A program made the translations under genes and the position numbers. Below the pieces are notes generated by a model that was not told the origin of the DNA, made no database searches, and worked only from the letters and a program-made list of their open reading frames with translations. A DNA stretch of 64,000 nucleotides from Clostridiaceae bacterium. GTDB taxonomy: Bacteria > Bacillota > Clostridia > DUPQ01. Below are positions 17,636 through 28,400 of the stretch, in pieces (positions within the stretch are counted from its first letter, which is position 1; the number at the start of each line of letters is the position of its first letter). The stretch is from positions 108-64,107 of the forward strand of contig DUPQ01000014.1 in NCBI GenBank assembly GCA_012838235.1. Reading direction: 5' to 3'.

Positions 17636-20176
17636 ATGAAAAAACTACTTTTAATTGACGGAAACAGTATTCTGAACAGAGCATTCTACGGTATGGCATC
17701 CAATATGCTGGTTACCAAAGACGGTTTATTTACCAACGCGATATACGGATTTCTCAATATTCTGGAAAAATATCTGAATGAAGATAATCCCACTCATATT
17801 GCGGTTGCTTTCGACCTGAAGGGTAAAACATTCAGACATGAAATATATGAGCAATACAAAGCCGGAAGAAAAGGAATGCCGAACGAATTGGCCGTACAGT
17901 TGCCGGTACTGAAAGACATTCTGAAAGCCATGAATATCACTTTAATCGAGAAAGAAGGATATGAGGCCGATGACATACTGGGAACACTGTCAAAACGTGC
18001 ATCCGATGAGTTTGATGTGGTTGTACTTACAGGTGACAGGGATATGTTGCAACTTATTACGGATAAATGCACGGTAAAAATTCCTACCGTCTCATCCGGA
18101 CAAAAGACCGTTAATGTGTTTGATATTAACACTTTTCGTGAGGAGTACGGTATCGAGCCTTCGGAATTTATCGATGTCAAAGCGTTGATGGGTGATAAAT
18201 CGGATAATATTCCCGGAGTTCAGGGTATAGGCAAAGTAGGTGCTTTTAATCTTATCAAAGAGTATAAAGATATCGATAACTTGTATCGTAACATCGACAA
18301 TATAGACAAGCCCGCTTTGAAGGAAAAACTTATCAAAGATAAGGAAAATGTCTTTTTGAGTAAAAAACTTGCGAAAATAGATACAGAAGTACCTATTGAT
18401 GATTTGAAACCGGATAACCTTGAAAAAATGCCTTTCAACAATCAGCAACTTCTCAAGTTGTTTGTAAAACTGGAATTCAATTCATTTATTCAGAAGTTTC
18501 AGCTGGAAGAAAAAGATGAGAATATAAGTGAATCTGCACAACATTTTCTTGAAGTTTCCGACTTAAAGGATTTTGATACTGTAGGTTCAAGATTATTTCT
18601 GTACTATAAACTTGATGAAAACATTTTAGAAATAGAGATTATGAACGAAAAGCATCAGATTTTAAAGACTTTTGATAAAGAAGCGGACAACTGCCTCAAG
18701 GAAATTTTCTCATCGGATTTGACTGTTGTTTCTCATTATCTCAAAGACATTTTCGTTTATTGTTTTTACAATAATATTAAAATACCGGAAAAATACTATG
18801 ACACGGCCACCGCAATGTATCTTCTCGATTCAATGAAAGAGAAGTATGATATCGACGATACCTACAGAAACCATAATATATCCGGCTCGGTCAATGATCC
18901 CAAACCGTATAAGATAAAGTATCTTCAAAAGTATTCCGAAAATGAGTTAAAAACTACGGATATGCAATCGCTGTTTTATGATATAGAACTGCCTTTGGTG
19001 GAGATATTGGCATATATGGAATATATCGGAATACGGGCGGACAGAGAGTACTTACTGGAATTATCGGAATATTTCGATAATGAATTGAATATAACGGCAA
19101 AGAAGATATTTGATTATGCCGGTTGTACATTCAACATAAATTCTCCCAAACAACTGGGTATTGTATTATTTGAACAATTGAAGTTACCGCATGCCAAACC
19201 CAATGCATCGGGCGGCTATTCCACATCCGCCGATGTTTTGGAGAAACTCAGGCGATATCCCATTGTAGAAGAAGTACTTTATTATCGTACCGTTTCGAAA
19301 CTTTACTCCACTTATGCACAGGGTCTGTTATCCGCCATTCAGATTGACGGAAGAATACACAGTAAATTCAATCAAACGGTAACCGCAACCGGGAGAATAA
19401 GTTCAACCGATCCCAATATGCAGAATATACCTATAAGAACGGAAATCGGAAGAAAAATACGTAAAGCCTTTATACCGGAAGAAGGGTATACGATAGTAAG
19501 CGGTGATTATTCTCAGATAGAATTGCGTATACTTGCACATATTGCCGATGATGAGAATATGAGAAATGCATTTCTTAACAAAGAGGATATTCATGCTTCC
19601 ACTGCCGCAAAGGTGTTCGGAGTGAATTTAGCCGATGTTACAAAAGAGCAAAGACGTGCCGCCAAAGCCGTTAACTTCGGAATAATTTACGGAATATCCG
19701 ATTTCAGTTTATCCAGGGATATCAATGTACCGGTTAAAAAAGCCGCTAAATACATAGAAGATTATCTCAATCATTATTCGGGAGTAAAAGAGTACATGCA
19801 AAAAATAGTCCGTTCGGCTATGGAAAACGGATATGTTTCCACAATATACGGACGAAGACGATATATACCGGAACTCAGTTCACCTAAGTTTCAGATAAGG
19901 GAGTTCGGCAAGAGAGTGGCTTTAAATGCACCCATACAGGGTTCGGCTGCGGATATAATAAAGATTGCAATGATAAGAGTATATAAGCAACTGAAAGAGC
20001 AAAACCTGAAATCCCGTCTTATACTTCAGGTGCATGACGAATTGGTTATTGAAACACATAAACAGGAAATCGGGCAGGTAAAAGAGATTTTACAACAATC
20101 CATGGAAAAAGGATTTGATTTATCTGTACCTCTCGACATAGAAATATCCGTTCAGGATTCTCTTTTGAAAGGATAG
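17636..20176 (+). CDS. polA: DNA polymerase I
   Basis: 5' nuclease start MKKLLLIDGNS. Polymerase motif A DYSQIELR, motif B RRAAKAVNFGIIYG, motif C QVHDEL. The ORF-track start at 17627 is TTG. Confidence 0.95.
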   Translation: MKKLLLIDGNSILNRAFYGMASNMLVTKDGLFTNAIYGFLNILEKYLNEDNPTHIAVAFDLKGKTFRHEIYEQYKAGRKGMPNELAVQLPVLKDILKAMNITLIEKEGYEADDILGTLSKRASDEFDVVVLTGDRDMLQLITDKCTVKIPTVSSGQKTVNVFDINTFREEYGIEPSEFIDVKALMGDKSDNIPGVQGIGKVGAFNLIKEYKDIDNLYRNIDNIDKPALKEKLIKDKENVFLSKKLAKIDTEVPIDDLKPDNLEKMPFNNQQLLKLFVKLEFNSFIQKFQLEEKDENISESAQHFLEVSDLKDFDTVGSRLFLYYKLDENILEIEIMNEKHQILKTFDKEADNCLKEIFSSDLTVVSHYLKDIFVYCFYNNIKIPEKYYDTATAMYLLDSMKEKYDIDDTYRNHNISGSVNDPKPYKIKYLQKYSENELKTTDMQSLFYDIELPLVEILAYMEYIGIRADREYLLELSEYFDNELNITAKKIFDYAGCTFNINSPKQLGIVLFEQLKLPHAKPNASGGYSTSADVLEKLRRYPIVEEVLYYRTVSKLYSTYAQGLLSAIQIDGRIHSKFNQTVTATGRISSTDPNMQNIPIRTEIGRKIRKAFIPEEGYTIVSGDYSQIELRILAHIADDENMRNAFLNKEDIHASTAAKVFGVNLADVTKEQRRAAKAVNFGIIYGISDFSLSRDINVPVKKAAKYIEDYLNHYSGVKEYMQKIVRSAMENGYVSTIYGRRRYIPELSSPKFQIREFGKRVALNAPIQGSAADIIKIAMIRVYKQLKEQNLKSRLILQVHDELVIETHKQEIGQVKEILQQSMEKGFDLSVPLDIEISVQDSLLKG

Positions 20177-20180
20177 AAAG

Positions 20181-20753
20181 ATGATTATAGGAATCACAGG
20201 GCAGACTGCCACAGGTAAGACATCGCTGACAAAAGCATTTGCCCAAAGAGGCTATGCGGTTTTTGATGCCGATGAAACCTATAAGCATCTTCTGGATACT
20301 TCCGTTTGCATGCAGAAAGAATTACTCAACGAGTTCAACACTCTTGACAGAAAGGTTATTCTTTCAAGAGTTATTGATGATAAAGAATCACTGGAAAGAC
20401 TTAATGCAATTACACATAAGTATGTAGCGGAGAAAATATATGAATTTGTTGAAGAAAATTCCGAAAAAAACATCGTTCTGGATGTACCCGTTCCCGTGGA
20501 AAAAGGCTTTATCGATATAACCGATATTATTATCGTAACCGTTGCTTCAAAGAAGGTTCAGTTATCGCGTTTGATGCAACGATATGGCATAAATGAAGAA
20601 CAAGCCTGTAAGAGGATAAAAATGCAGAAGGGAAGAGAAGACTATCTCTCAATCGGCGATATAATATTAAATACCGATAAAACCGATAAAAGCGATTTGA
20701 TGACATTTACAGATAGCTTTGAAAATACTTACATAAAAGTCAATAAGGATTGA
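20181..20753 (+). CDS. coaE: Dephospho-CoA kinase
   Basis: P-loop IGITGQTATGKTS. About 190 aa. Conserved position after polA. Confidence 0.8.
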   Translation: MIIGITGQTATGKTSLTKAFAQRGYAVFDADETYKHLLDTSVCMQKELLNEFNTLDRKVILSRVIDDKESLERLNAITHKYVAEKIYEFVEENSEKNIVLDVPVPVEKGFIDITDIIIVTVASKKVQLSRLMQRYGINEEQACKRIKMQKGREDYLSIGDIILNTDKTDKSDLMTFTDSFENTYIKVNKD

Positions 20754-20808
20754 TTTTTAATACATCGAATGTTAAAATTCTATTCGAATTAAAAAGAAAG
20801 GTGGAAAT

Positions 20809-22182
20809 ATGGCTAAAATATTACTCAATACCGCAAATATTACTTGTAGTAACAAAAAAGAAACCGATCTTAAAGCATATGTTAACGGCAAGGTTATCAA
20901 TACTCTGAATTATGACAGCAAGGAAGTCATAATGGAGTATGCCGATACCGATTTTATATTTCTAATCGAACAGAATATGGAAACAAACGATACGGGCAAT
21001 GATGTATCACTGATGCGCGAGATAAGAAGATACGCTAAGAAATATAAAGAGTATGAGACGGAAACCAAGTTTTCCGATTTTGAAGAATATATCTCCACCA
21101 CGGTATCTTATCTGGACAATCTTGAAGAAACAGGTGAAATAGATACCATGAACAGACAGGTGAGTGCCGCCCTTATTTCACATGATAAAGGTCTGCTGGC
21201 GGTTACCGATACCGATACGGCAATATATATATCCGGAGGAAATATAGTCAGAGTGTTTCCGGAAGACGATGACAGCAGAATAAAAACGGCACCCATTCCC
21301 GTACTGAAAACCAATGACCTGATTATATTATTATCGGAAACGGTAGCAAAGGCCCTCTCCGCAGCCGATATTTTAGGGCGTATTGATACATATGATTCGG
21401 CCGAATCCATTGCTCAGAATATTTGCTCACTTTATACTTCATTCAATAATGAAGAGTTTTCAGTAACAGTAATACTGGTAAAACTTATTCAGGATAAGTC
21501 TAAAGTATCCGCTGTAAGTGATATAAATACTCAGGAGATACCGACGGAAGAGCTGCAAAAAACCTATACATCAACTCAGCCTCTGATATATGAGGATAAA
21601 ACCGATAAGCCTGAGAAGAAAGAAAGCTTCTGGGATGATTCATCCAAAGACATTGTATTTACCGACAAAAAGACAAAAATGCAAAAAATTTCTTCCTTTG
21701 ATTCGGTTAAACTGAGTAAAAGTGAAAGCAGGAAGAGAAGAACTTCCATATATATAAAAAGAGCAATAAGTATTGTTGTTGTTCTGGCGGTTATGGCAGG
21801 TATTATTATCGGAATGGTAAATCTGCTTAAACTGATATTTAACAGAAAAAAACCTGTTGAAACCTCACCTGTAGCCGTGACATCACCGATAGTGGTACAG
21901 ACACCTACTCCCACTCCGACTCCGACACCTACTCCTTCGGAAGAGCCTACCGAATCACCCGAACCTACAATAGAGCCTCAGTATATTACTCATATAGTAA
22001 AGGTTACAACCGACCATACCAGCCTGAATCAGATAGCCAATTACTATAACGATGTATACAGTCTGAATTATCCTAATACTGCAATATTTGTAGAAGTGAT
22101 TGCGGGTTTGAATAATATTAAAGATATAAATATGATTTATGCAGGGCAAGAGTTAAAGATTCCTATAACACCGGTGCCGTAA
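20809..22182 (+). CDS. Single-pass membrane protein: N-terminal PP2C-like (degenerate) domain, TM helix, Pro/Thr linker, C-terminal LysM domain
   Basis: TM helix [22 protein letters not shown] and a (TP)6/EP-rich linker. C-terminal LysM-like [22 protein letters not shown]...YAGQELKIP. The N-terminal region aligns by eye with the C-terminal half of PrpC-type PP2C phosphatases. Confidence 0.6.
   Translation: [457 protein letters not shown]
21901..21936 (+). repeat. Coding hexanucleotide repeat encoding (Thr-Pro)x6 linker
   Basis: aca cct act ccc act ccg act ccg aca cct act cct, read directly from the sequence. Confidence 0.9.
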
Positions 22183-22196
22183 GTAATATTCATATT

Positions 22197-22212
22197 AAAA
22201 TTTGCAAATTTT
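22197..22212. repeat. Perfect 16-bp AT-rich palindrome AAAATTTGCAAATTTT
   Basis: Read directly from the sequence. It is followed by alternating A- and T-tracts (gataaaattttaaaatttttaaaat) upstream of the first EAL gene. Confidence 0.8.
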
Positions 22213-22329
22213 GATAAAATTTTAAAATTTTTAAAATATATATATTGATATTTTATCCTATTAATGGTATATGTTATTAAAGAAAGTTCGTCCTTTGATT
22301 GCTTTTTGGGCGTGTTTGAGGAATAAGAC

Positions 22330-25300
22330 ATGGATTATGCCTTGATTTTATCGGTATCACTTTATCTATGCGGGTGTTTTTACCTGTTCTTCGGAATATA
22401 CGCAATTTATGCGAATATAAAAAGTAAAGTTAACCGAATGTTTTTTTATCTGACCGCGACATTAGCCATATGGGCTTATTGTGATTCCATTGTCAACTCG
22501 GCTCCTTCAGCGGAATCCAGTGCTTTTTGGAGAGCCTTCTCGGTTTTCGGTTGGGGTGTATTTTATGCTATCCTTATTCACTTTATTATTGTTATCACAA
22601 ATAACAGAGCATTTTTAGATAAGCCCAGAACGCATTTTTTAATTTACACTCCGGCATTTCTAAACATCGTACTTTTTTCTCCTTTCGGAATTCTTAATCA
22701 GATGCAGAACCAAATGACAAAAAGTGAGTTCGGTTGGATAAACGCGGTTCCTGCAAATTTTTCCAGAATCTGGCTGGTTTTATATTTTATAATTTATCCC
22801 GTTGTAGGAGTTTTTTTACTGCTTTCCTGGTGGAAGAAAGTCAGGCCCAATGATTTTATTAAACGCCATCTGAATTTCTTATTTTTATCAACAGTACTCC
22901 CTTCGGTAGTAGGAATAACGGCAAATATACTCCCCAACATTCCGTTGAGATATCTTCTTCTCAAAACATTCATATTCTTCAACATGCTACCGACAATTAC
23001 CTTGTTTATAGCATTGAAAAAATACGGAATCTTTCATGAAAGGGAGAAGACGGTTTATGTTTTTCATGAAGGAGAAATAGAAGGACAAAGCAGTCGTTTA
23101 CGGTTATTTGAAACCACTTCAATAATATTTTTAATCGGTTCCTTTGTTTCATTCCTTATCGGATATTTCTTTATGAAAAAGCCGTTGGATATGGAGATTT
23201 TTCTCTCCGCCTCAATTTTTGCAATCGCATTAGTTTCTAAATTTATACCTTACATGATAAAAAAGCATTCCGTTCAGAATGTACTCTTTCTGCTGGTCTG
23301 TATGTTCGGTATGACATTATACAGCACAACATCCGCTGATGAAGGTGGTTTGACAACATGGTTTGTTTATATTATCTTTCTCTTATTCACGGTTGTTCTG
23401 GGCACACGTATTCATGCTCTTATTTATACGATATTCGTTATTATGATTCAAGTTTTATTATGGATTGTTTATCCGCAAGTTGTCGTAGTTATTGATGGAA
23501 GTCAGTACGCGGTAAGAATCGGAATTATTCTTCTTTCCTTTTTCAGTATCAGATATGTAACAAGAGAGTACTCATCAAAGGAAAATGAGTATAAAAGATT
23601 TGCAAAGGAACAATTGGTTCTGGAAAAGATATCCACCAGTTTTATTTCCGTCAACAGTGGAAATGTGATGGAAAAAATACAGGATATGTTTAAAATGTCA
23701 CTGGAAGTTCTCAACTATAATCACGCATATTTAGTGGAATTCGATAATGATTATCAGGATGCGAAGATTTTTGACACATATGTAAACGAACCGGATGCGG
23801 AATCATTTCCCTTGACTCCCGGAATGACAGTCACAATGGCGGATTTTCCGGTTTTTGAACCTCTTATAAAAGATAAAAAACCGATCATGTGTGAAGATAT
23901 CAAAAAGATAAGTCTCAGTGAAGGTGAAGAACAAAGAGAGTTTTTCTCGACAAGGGGTATAAGTTCTTACTTCGCAATACCTGTTATTATGGACGGGAAT
24001 TTAATCTCTATGTTGGTAATAGAATACTTTGATAAGAGTGATGTATATTCCACCGAAAACCGATTATACTATTTAAAAATCCTGGCAAATATGTTAGCCG
24101 ATTCCAAGAAGAAAATTTTGTATGAGGAAAAGTTATATAAATTTGCATATTTTGATGAAGTTACAGATTTAGCAAACAGAAACATGCTGAATAACTATTT
24201 GGAGAAACTTATTCAAAACAGTAATGAAACCGATAAATTTGCGGTTTTTAATATTGAGCTTGATAACCTGAGAACCATTAATGATACATTCGGGCATGAT
24301 ATCGGAGAACAGGTGGTAATTAAATCGGTAGATATTTTGAGTGAGCTTATGAAGAATTGTTGTTTCATAGCAAGAGTAACAGAGGAGAAGTTTATAGTTG
24401 TTGCACCTGCTTGTTCCGATAGTAAAAAGATTGAGGAACGCGCAAAAAAAATAGCAGAGTCTTTTAAGCATCCTATTCTACTGCCCGGATTGGATATAGA
24501 AGCATTATTTGTTATTGTCAATATCGGAATAGCCGTTTATCCGGAAGACGGAAGTGATGTGAATACTCTTATGAAGAACTCCGATTTGGCGAATTACGAA
24601 GCCAGGTCTACCGATGATAGAATTGTTTTCTGTTCCGATCAACTTAAGGGACGTGTTGAAGAGAATACATTAATAACACACAAGCTTTTCAATTCGTTAC
24701 AGAATGAGGAGTTTTCTCTGGAATTTCAACCTCAGGTCAGTTGTATTTCAGGTAAAACGGTAGGAATTGAAGCCTTACTCAGATGGACAACATCGGATAA
24801 AAAGAGAATACCTCCTGATAAATTCATACCAATTCTGGAGCAGACCGGTTTAATTCATAATGTGGGACTATGGGTATTGGATCAGGCACTTTTGGAACAT
24901 AACAGGCTTATAGCAAACGGATTTCCCCCTTTGCGTGTTTCGGTAAACTTATCGGTTGTACAATTCCGCAAAGACGATTTTGTTGATAATGTTACAAAAA
25001 TCATAGAGAAACACCGGGTTGATCCTAAATACATTGAGCTGGAGATTACCGAAAGTATGTTGTCGAAGAATTTTGCCGATACAGTCGATAAACTGGTTCA
25101 ATTTAAAAAAATGGGACTTAATATTGCCGTTGATGATTTCGGCAAGGGATATTCATCGTTACACAGATTGGTATTGATACCCTTTGACAGAATTAAAATA
25201 GATAAAAGCATAATAGATAACGTAACTTTTGAGAAAAAGAGTGCTAATGTTGCCAAGATAATCATTACATTAGCTAAAACCCTTAAGGCGGTTATTACTG

Positions 25301-25446
25301 CTGAAGGTGTAGAAACACGGGAGCAGGCGCATTTTGTAAGAGATATAGCCTGCGATGAAATACAGGGATATTATTTTTCCAGACCGTTGCCTACCGAAGC
25401 TTTGGAAAAGTTTCTTAAAGAAGACGGTACAGGAGTCAGAGGATAA
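22330..25446 (+). CDS. Polytopic membrane sensor protein with GAF-like, degenerate GGDEF (TEEKF) and EAL phosphodiesterase domains, copy 1
   Basis: About 400 aa of repeated hydrophobic helices resembling the 7TM N-terminal sensor domain of histidine kinases. GGDEF-domain core NDTFGHDIGEQ with the signature replaced by RVTEEKF. EAL motifs are present: GIEALLRW, NLS, ELEITES, DDFGKGYSSL, KIDKS, AEGVET, QGYYFSRP. Confidence 0.85.
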   Translation: MDYALILSVSLYLCGCFYLFFGIYAIYANIKSKVNRMFFYLTATLAIWAYCDSIVNSAPSAESSAFWRAFSVFGWGVFYAILIHFIIVITNNRAFLDKPRTHFLIYTPAFLNIVLFSPFGILNQMQNQMTKSEFGWINAVPANFSRIWLVLYFIIYPVVGVFLLLSWWKKVRPNDFIKRHLNFLFLSTVLPSVVGITANILPNIPLRYLLLKTFIFFNMLPTITLFIALKKYGIFHEREKTVYVFHEGEIEGQSSRLRLFETTSIIFLIGSFVSFLIGYFFMKKPLDMEIFLSASIFAIALVSKFIPYMIKKHSVQNVLFLLVCMFGMTLYSTTSADEGGLTTWFVYIIFLLFTVVLGTRIHALIYTIFVIMIQVLLWIVYPQVVVVIDGSQYAVRIGIILLSFFSIRYVTREYSSKENEYKRFAKEQLVLEKISTSFISVNSGNVMEKIQDMFKMSLEVLNYNHAYLVEFDNDYQDAKIFDTYVNEPDAESFPLTPGMTVTMADFPVFEPLIKDKKPIMCEDIKKISLSEGEEQREFFSTRGISSYFAIPVIMDGNLISMLVIEYFDKSDVYSTENRLYYLKILANMLADSKKKILYEEKLYKFAYFDEVTDLANRNMLNNYLEKLIQNSNETDKFAVFNIELDNLRTINDTFGHDIGEQVVIKSVDILSELMKNCCFIARVTEEKFIVVAPACSDSKKIEERAKKIAESFKHPILLPGLDIEALFVIVNIGIAVYPEDGSDVNTLMKNSDLANYEARSTDDRIVFCSDQLKGRVEENTLITHKLFNSLQNEEFSLEFQPQVSCISGKTVGIEALLRWTTSDKKRIPPDKFIPILEQTGLIHNVGLWVLDQALLEHNRLIANGFPPLRVSVNLSVVQFRKDDFVDNVTKIIEKHRVDPKYIELEITESMLSKNFADTVDKLVQFKKMGLNIAVDDFGKGYSSLHRLVLIPFDRIKIDKSIIDNVTFEKKSANVAKIIITLAKTLKAVITAEGVETREQAHFVRDIACDEIQGYYFSRPLPTEALEKFLKEDGTGVRG

Positions 25447-25450
25447 GATT

Positions 25451-28400
25451 ATGAAATATGCATTAATTTTATCAATATTGCTTTATGTGTTCGGATGTTT
25501 CTATCTGGTTTTCGGGATATATGCTTTGTTCGCTAATGTTAAAAATCGTGTAAACAGATTGTTTTATTATCTGACATCATGCTTGGCAATTTTTGCCATT
25601 TCATACTCCATATCCAACTCCGCTGCTACAGAGGAAGCAAGCACATTTTGGAGAGCCTTTGCTGTTTTCGGGTGGGGAGTTTATTACAGTATCCTTATTC
25701 ATATTATTCTGATTATCACGGATAATAAAAAGTTTTTGAAAAACCGTTTGGCGATGATTTTAATTTATGTGCCGTCATTAGTTAATATTATTCTTTTTTC
25801 ACCATTAAGTCCTCTTAAAGAAGCAAGCTATAATATGAGCCAAACCCGTTACGGATGGATAAACTATATGCCTTCAGACATATTATCAATCGGGATTGCC
25901 TTTTATTTCATTTTTTATTCAATTTTGGCCACCGTTTTAATTGCCGGCTGGTGGAAAAATAATAAGTCCGAAGTCCTTATGAAACGTCAACTTATTTATT
26001 TTTTAATATCCGTATCCGTTCCCCTTATTACGGGAATAACATCAGTTGTATTACCCAATGTTCTTGCAAAACATCTACTTCATAAATTATTGATTGTTTC
26101 TATGATTGTGCCTATTATAGTATTGTTTTTTTCATTAAAGAAGTACGGACTGTTCAGTGAAAGAGGAAAGACACTATACGTTTTTCAACAGGGACAGTTG
26201 GATTCGGAAGGCGCCCGTATACGTTTATTCGAAACCACGGCACTTGTATTTATAATCGGCGGTGAATTATCCTTCTTGATCGGATATTTCGGAATGGGAA
26301 AGAATTTGGAGTCCGAACTTTTTCTCTCTACATTGGTTTTTATAATGGGATTGATTTCAAGATTTATACCTCTCATGTCTAAGAGACATATTGTTCAGAA
26401 CGGTCTCTATGCATTAGTATGCATAGCAGGTATGCTGTTTTATACATTGACAACTGCAGATGTCGGCGGGTTGACAACCTGGACGGTTTATATAATTTTC
26501 CTTCTATATTCGGTTATACTTGATACAAAATCCCATGCTATTGCTTTTACCGTATTTGTCATAATGCTGCAATTTCTTTTTTGGATTATTTCCCCTGAGA
26601 TTACTGTTACAGTAAACGGCGGTGAATATAGCAGAAGAATTGTTATTATATTAATATCTGCTTTTTCCGTCAGATATCTGAGTTCCGAATATATTGAAAA
26701 AGAAAAACAATATAAAAGATTTGCCAAAGAGCAACAGGTTCTGGAGAAAATTTCCACCGGCTTTCTTTCCCTTAACAAAGAGAATGCGGAAGAGAAAATA
26801 TATGAAATGTTTAAAATGTCTTATGAATTACTGAATTTTAATCATGCATATCTGGTGAACTTTGACTCGGATTATGAAAATGCAACCATTATTAATACAT
26901 TTGTGAATGTTGTCGAGGGAAAGAAGTCATTTCCTTTCAACCCGGGTATGAAAATTGCGGTTTCCGATTTTCCTCTTGCTAAAGCTCTCATCGAACAAAA
27001 ACAACCGGTAATGTGCGATGATATCAATACAATACGTCCGGATAAGTATGATGAATTGCGAGAATATTTTAAGTCGAGAGATATCAATTCTTATTTCGCA
27101 TTACCGATATTTGTAGAGAAAGATTTGAGGGGAATGCTCGTAATTGAATATTATGAGAAAAGTGATGTGCATTTAAGAGAAAACCGCTTATACTTTTTAA
27201 TGATTATAGCTAACATTTTGGGTGATACGAGACAAATGAACCTGTATGAAGAAAAGTTGTACGATTACGCATATTTTGACGAAACCACAAAATTGGCCAA
27301 CAGAAATATGCTTCGGAAAAATCTGGTGCAACTGTTGCAAAATGTCGGACAAACCGACAGAATCGCGGTTTTCAATATTGAGATGGATAATCTGAGAATG
27401 ATTAATGATACCTTCGGCCATAATGTAGGGGTACAGATAGTTTTAAAATGCGTGGAAATTTTGAAAAGTCTGATGAAGGAATGTTGCATTATCTCCAGAG
27501 TGGCGGAGGGGAAATTTGTTCTCGTTATGCCTACTACGGAAAGTAACGAGCAATTAAAAGAACGTGCCCGAAAAATAATAGATGCTTTTACTCATCCTAT
27601 TTTACTGCCCGATTTGGATTTAGAGGCTTTATTTGTTATGGTCAGTGTAGGTATATCTCTCTATCCTGAGGATGGCGGTAATGCCGATACCCTTATAAAA
27701 AATGCCGATCTGGCAGGGTACGAAGCAAAGTCTGCAGATGAAAGAATTATTTTCTGCTCCGAACAACTAAAGGACCGTGTTGAGGAAAATACCTTAATGA
27801 CACATAAACTTTTCAGGTCATTGGAAAATCAGGAGTTTTCACTGGAATTCCAGCCTGAGATCAGTTGTAGTACAAATAAAACAGTAGGGATTGAAGCATT
27901 ATTGAGATGGACAACATCGGATAAAAAGAGAATACCGCCGGACAAGTTTATACCCATTCTGGAACAGACCGGTTTAATTCATGATGTGGGACTGTGGGTA
28001 CTGGATCAGGCTCTTATGGAACATAATCACCTTATAGCAAACGGTTTTCCGCCTATACGCGTTTCTGTAAACTTGTCTACTGTTCAGTTCCGAAGAGATG
28101 ATTTCGTACAGAATGTTGCCGATATTATACAAAAACACGGGGTTGATCCCAAATATGTGGAGTTGGAAATTACCGAAAGTATGTTGGCTAAGAACTTTGC
28201 CGATACAATTGATAAACTGCATCAGTTAAAAGCACTCGGAGTCAAGATTGCGGTGGATGATTTCGGTAAAGGTTATTCTTCGTTACACAGGTTGTTATTG
28301 GTTCCTCTTGACAGAATTAAGATTGATAAAAGTATTATAGATGATGTAACATTTGAAGCAAAAAAAGCGGACATAGTGAAAATAATCATTAATTTAGCCA

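Noticed and set aside
21901-21936. Tandem hexanucleotide repeat as a possible CRISPR, VNTR or phase-variation tract
   Set aside because: It is in frame within a CDS, encodes a (Thr-Pro)6 linker, and uses mixed synonymous codons. It is a low-complexity linker, not a repeat array or slippage-prone homopolymer.
25355-25450. ORF-track N-terminal extension of the second EAL gene (start at 25355), which would overlap the first EAL gene by 92 nt
   Set aside because: The extension is in a different frame over the conserved C-terminus of copy 1. The paralogue alignment begins exactly at MKYALILS (ATG 25451), parallel to MDYALILS in copy 1.
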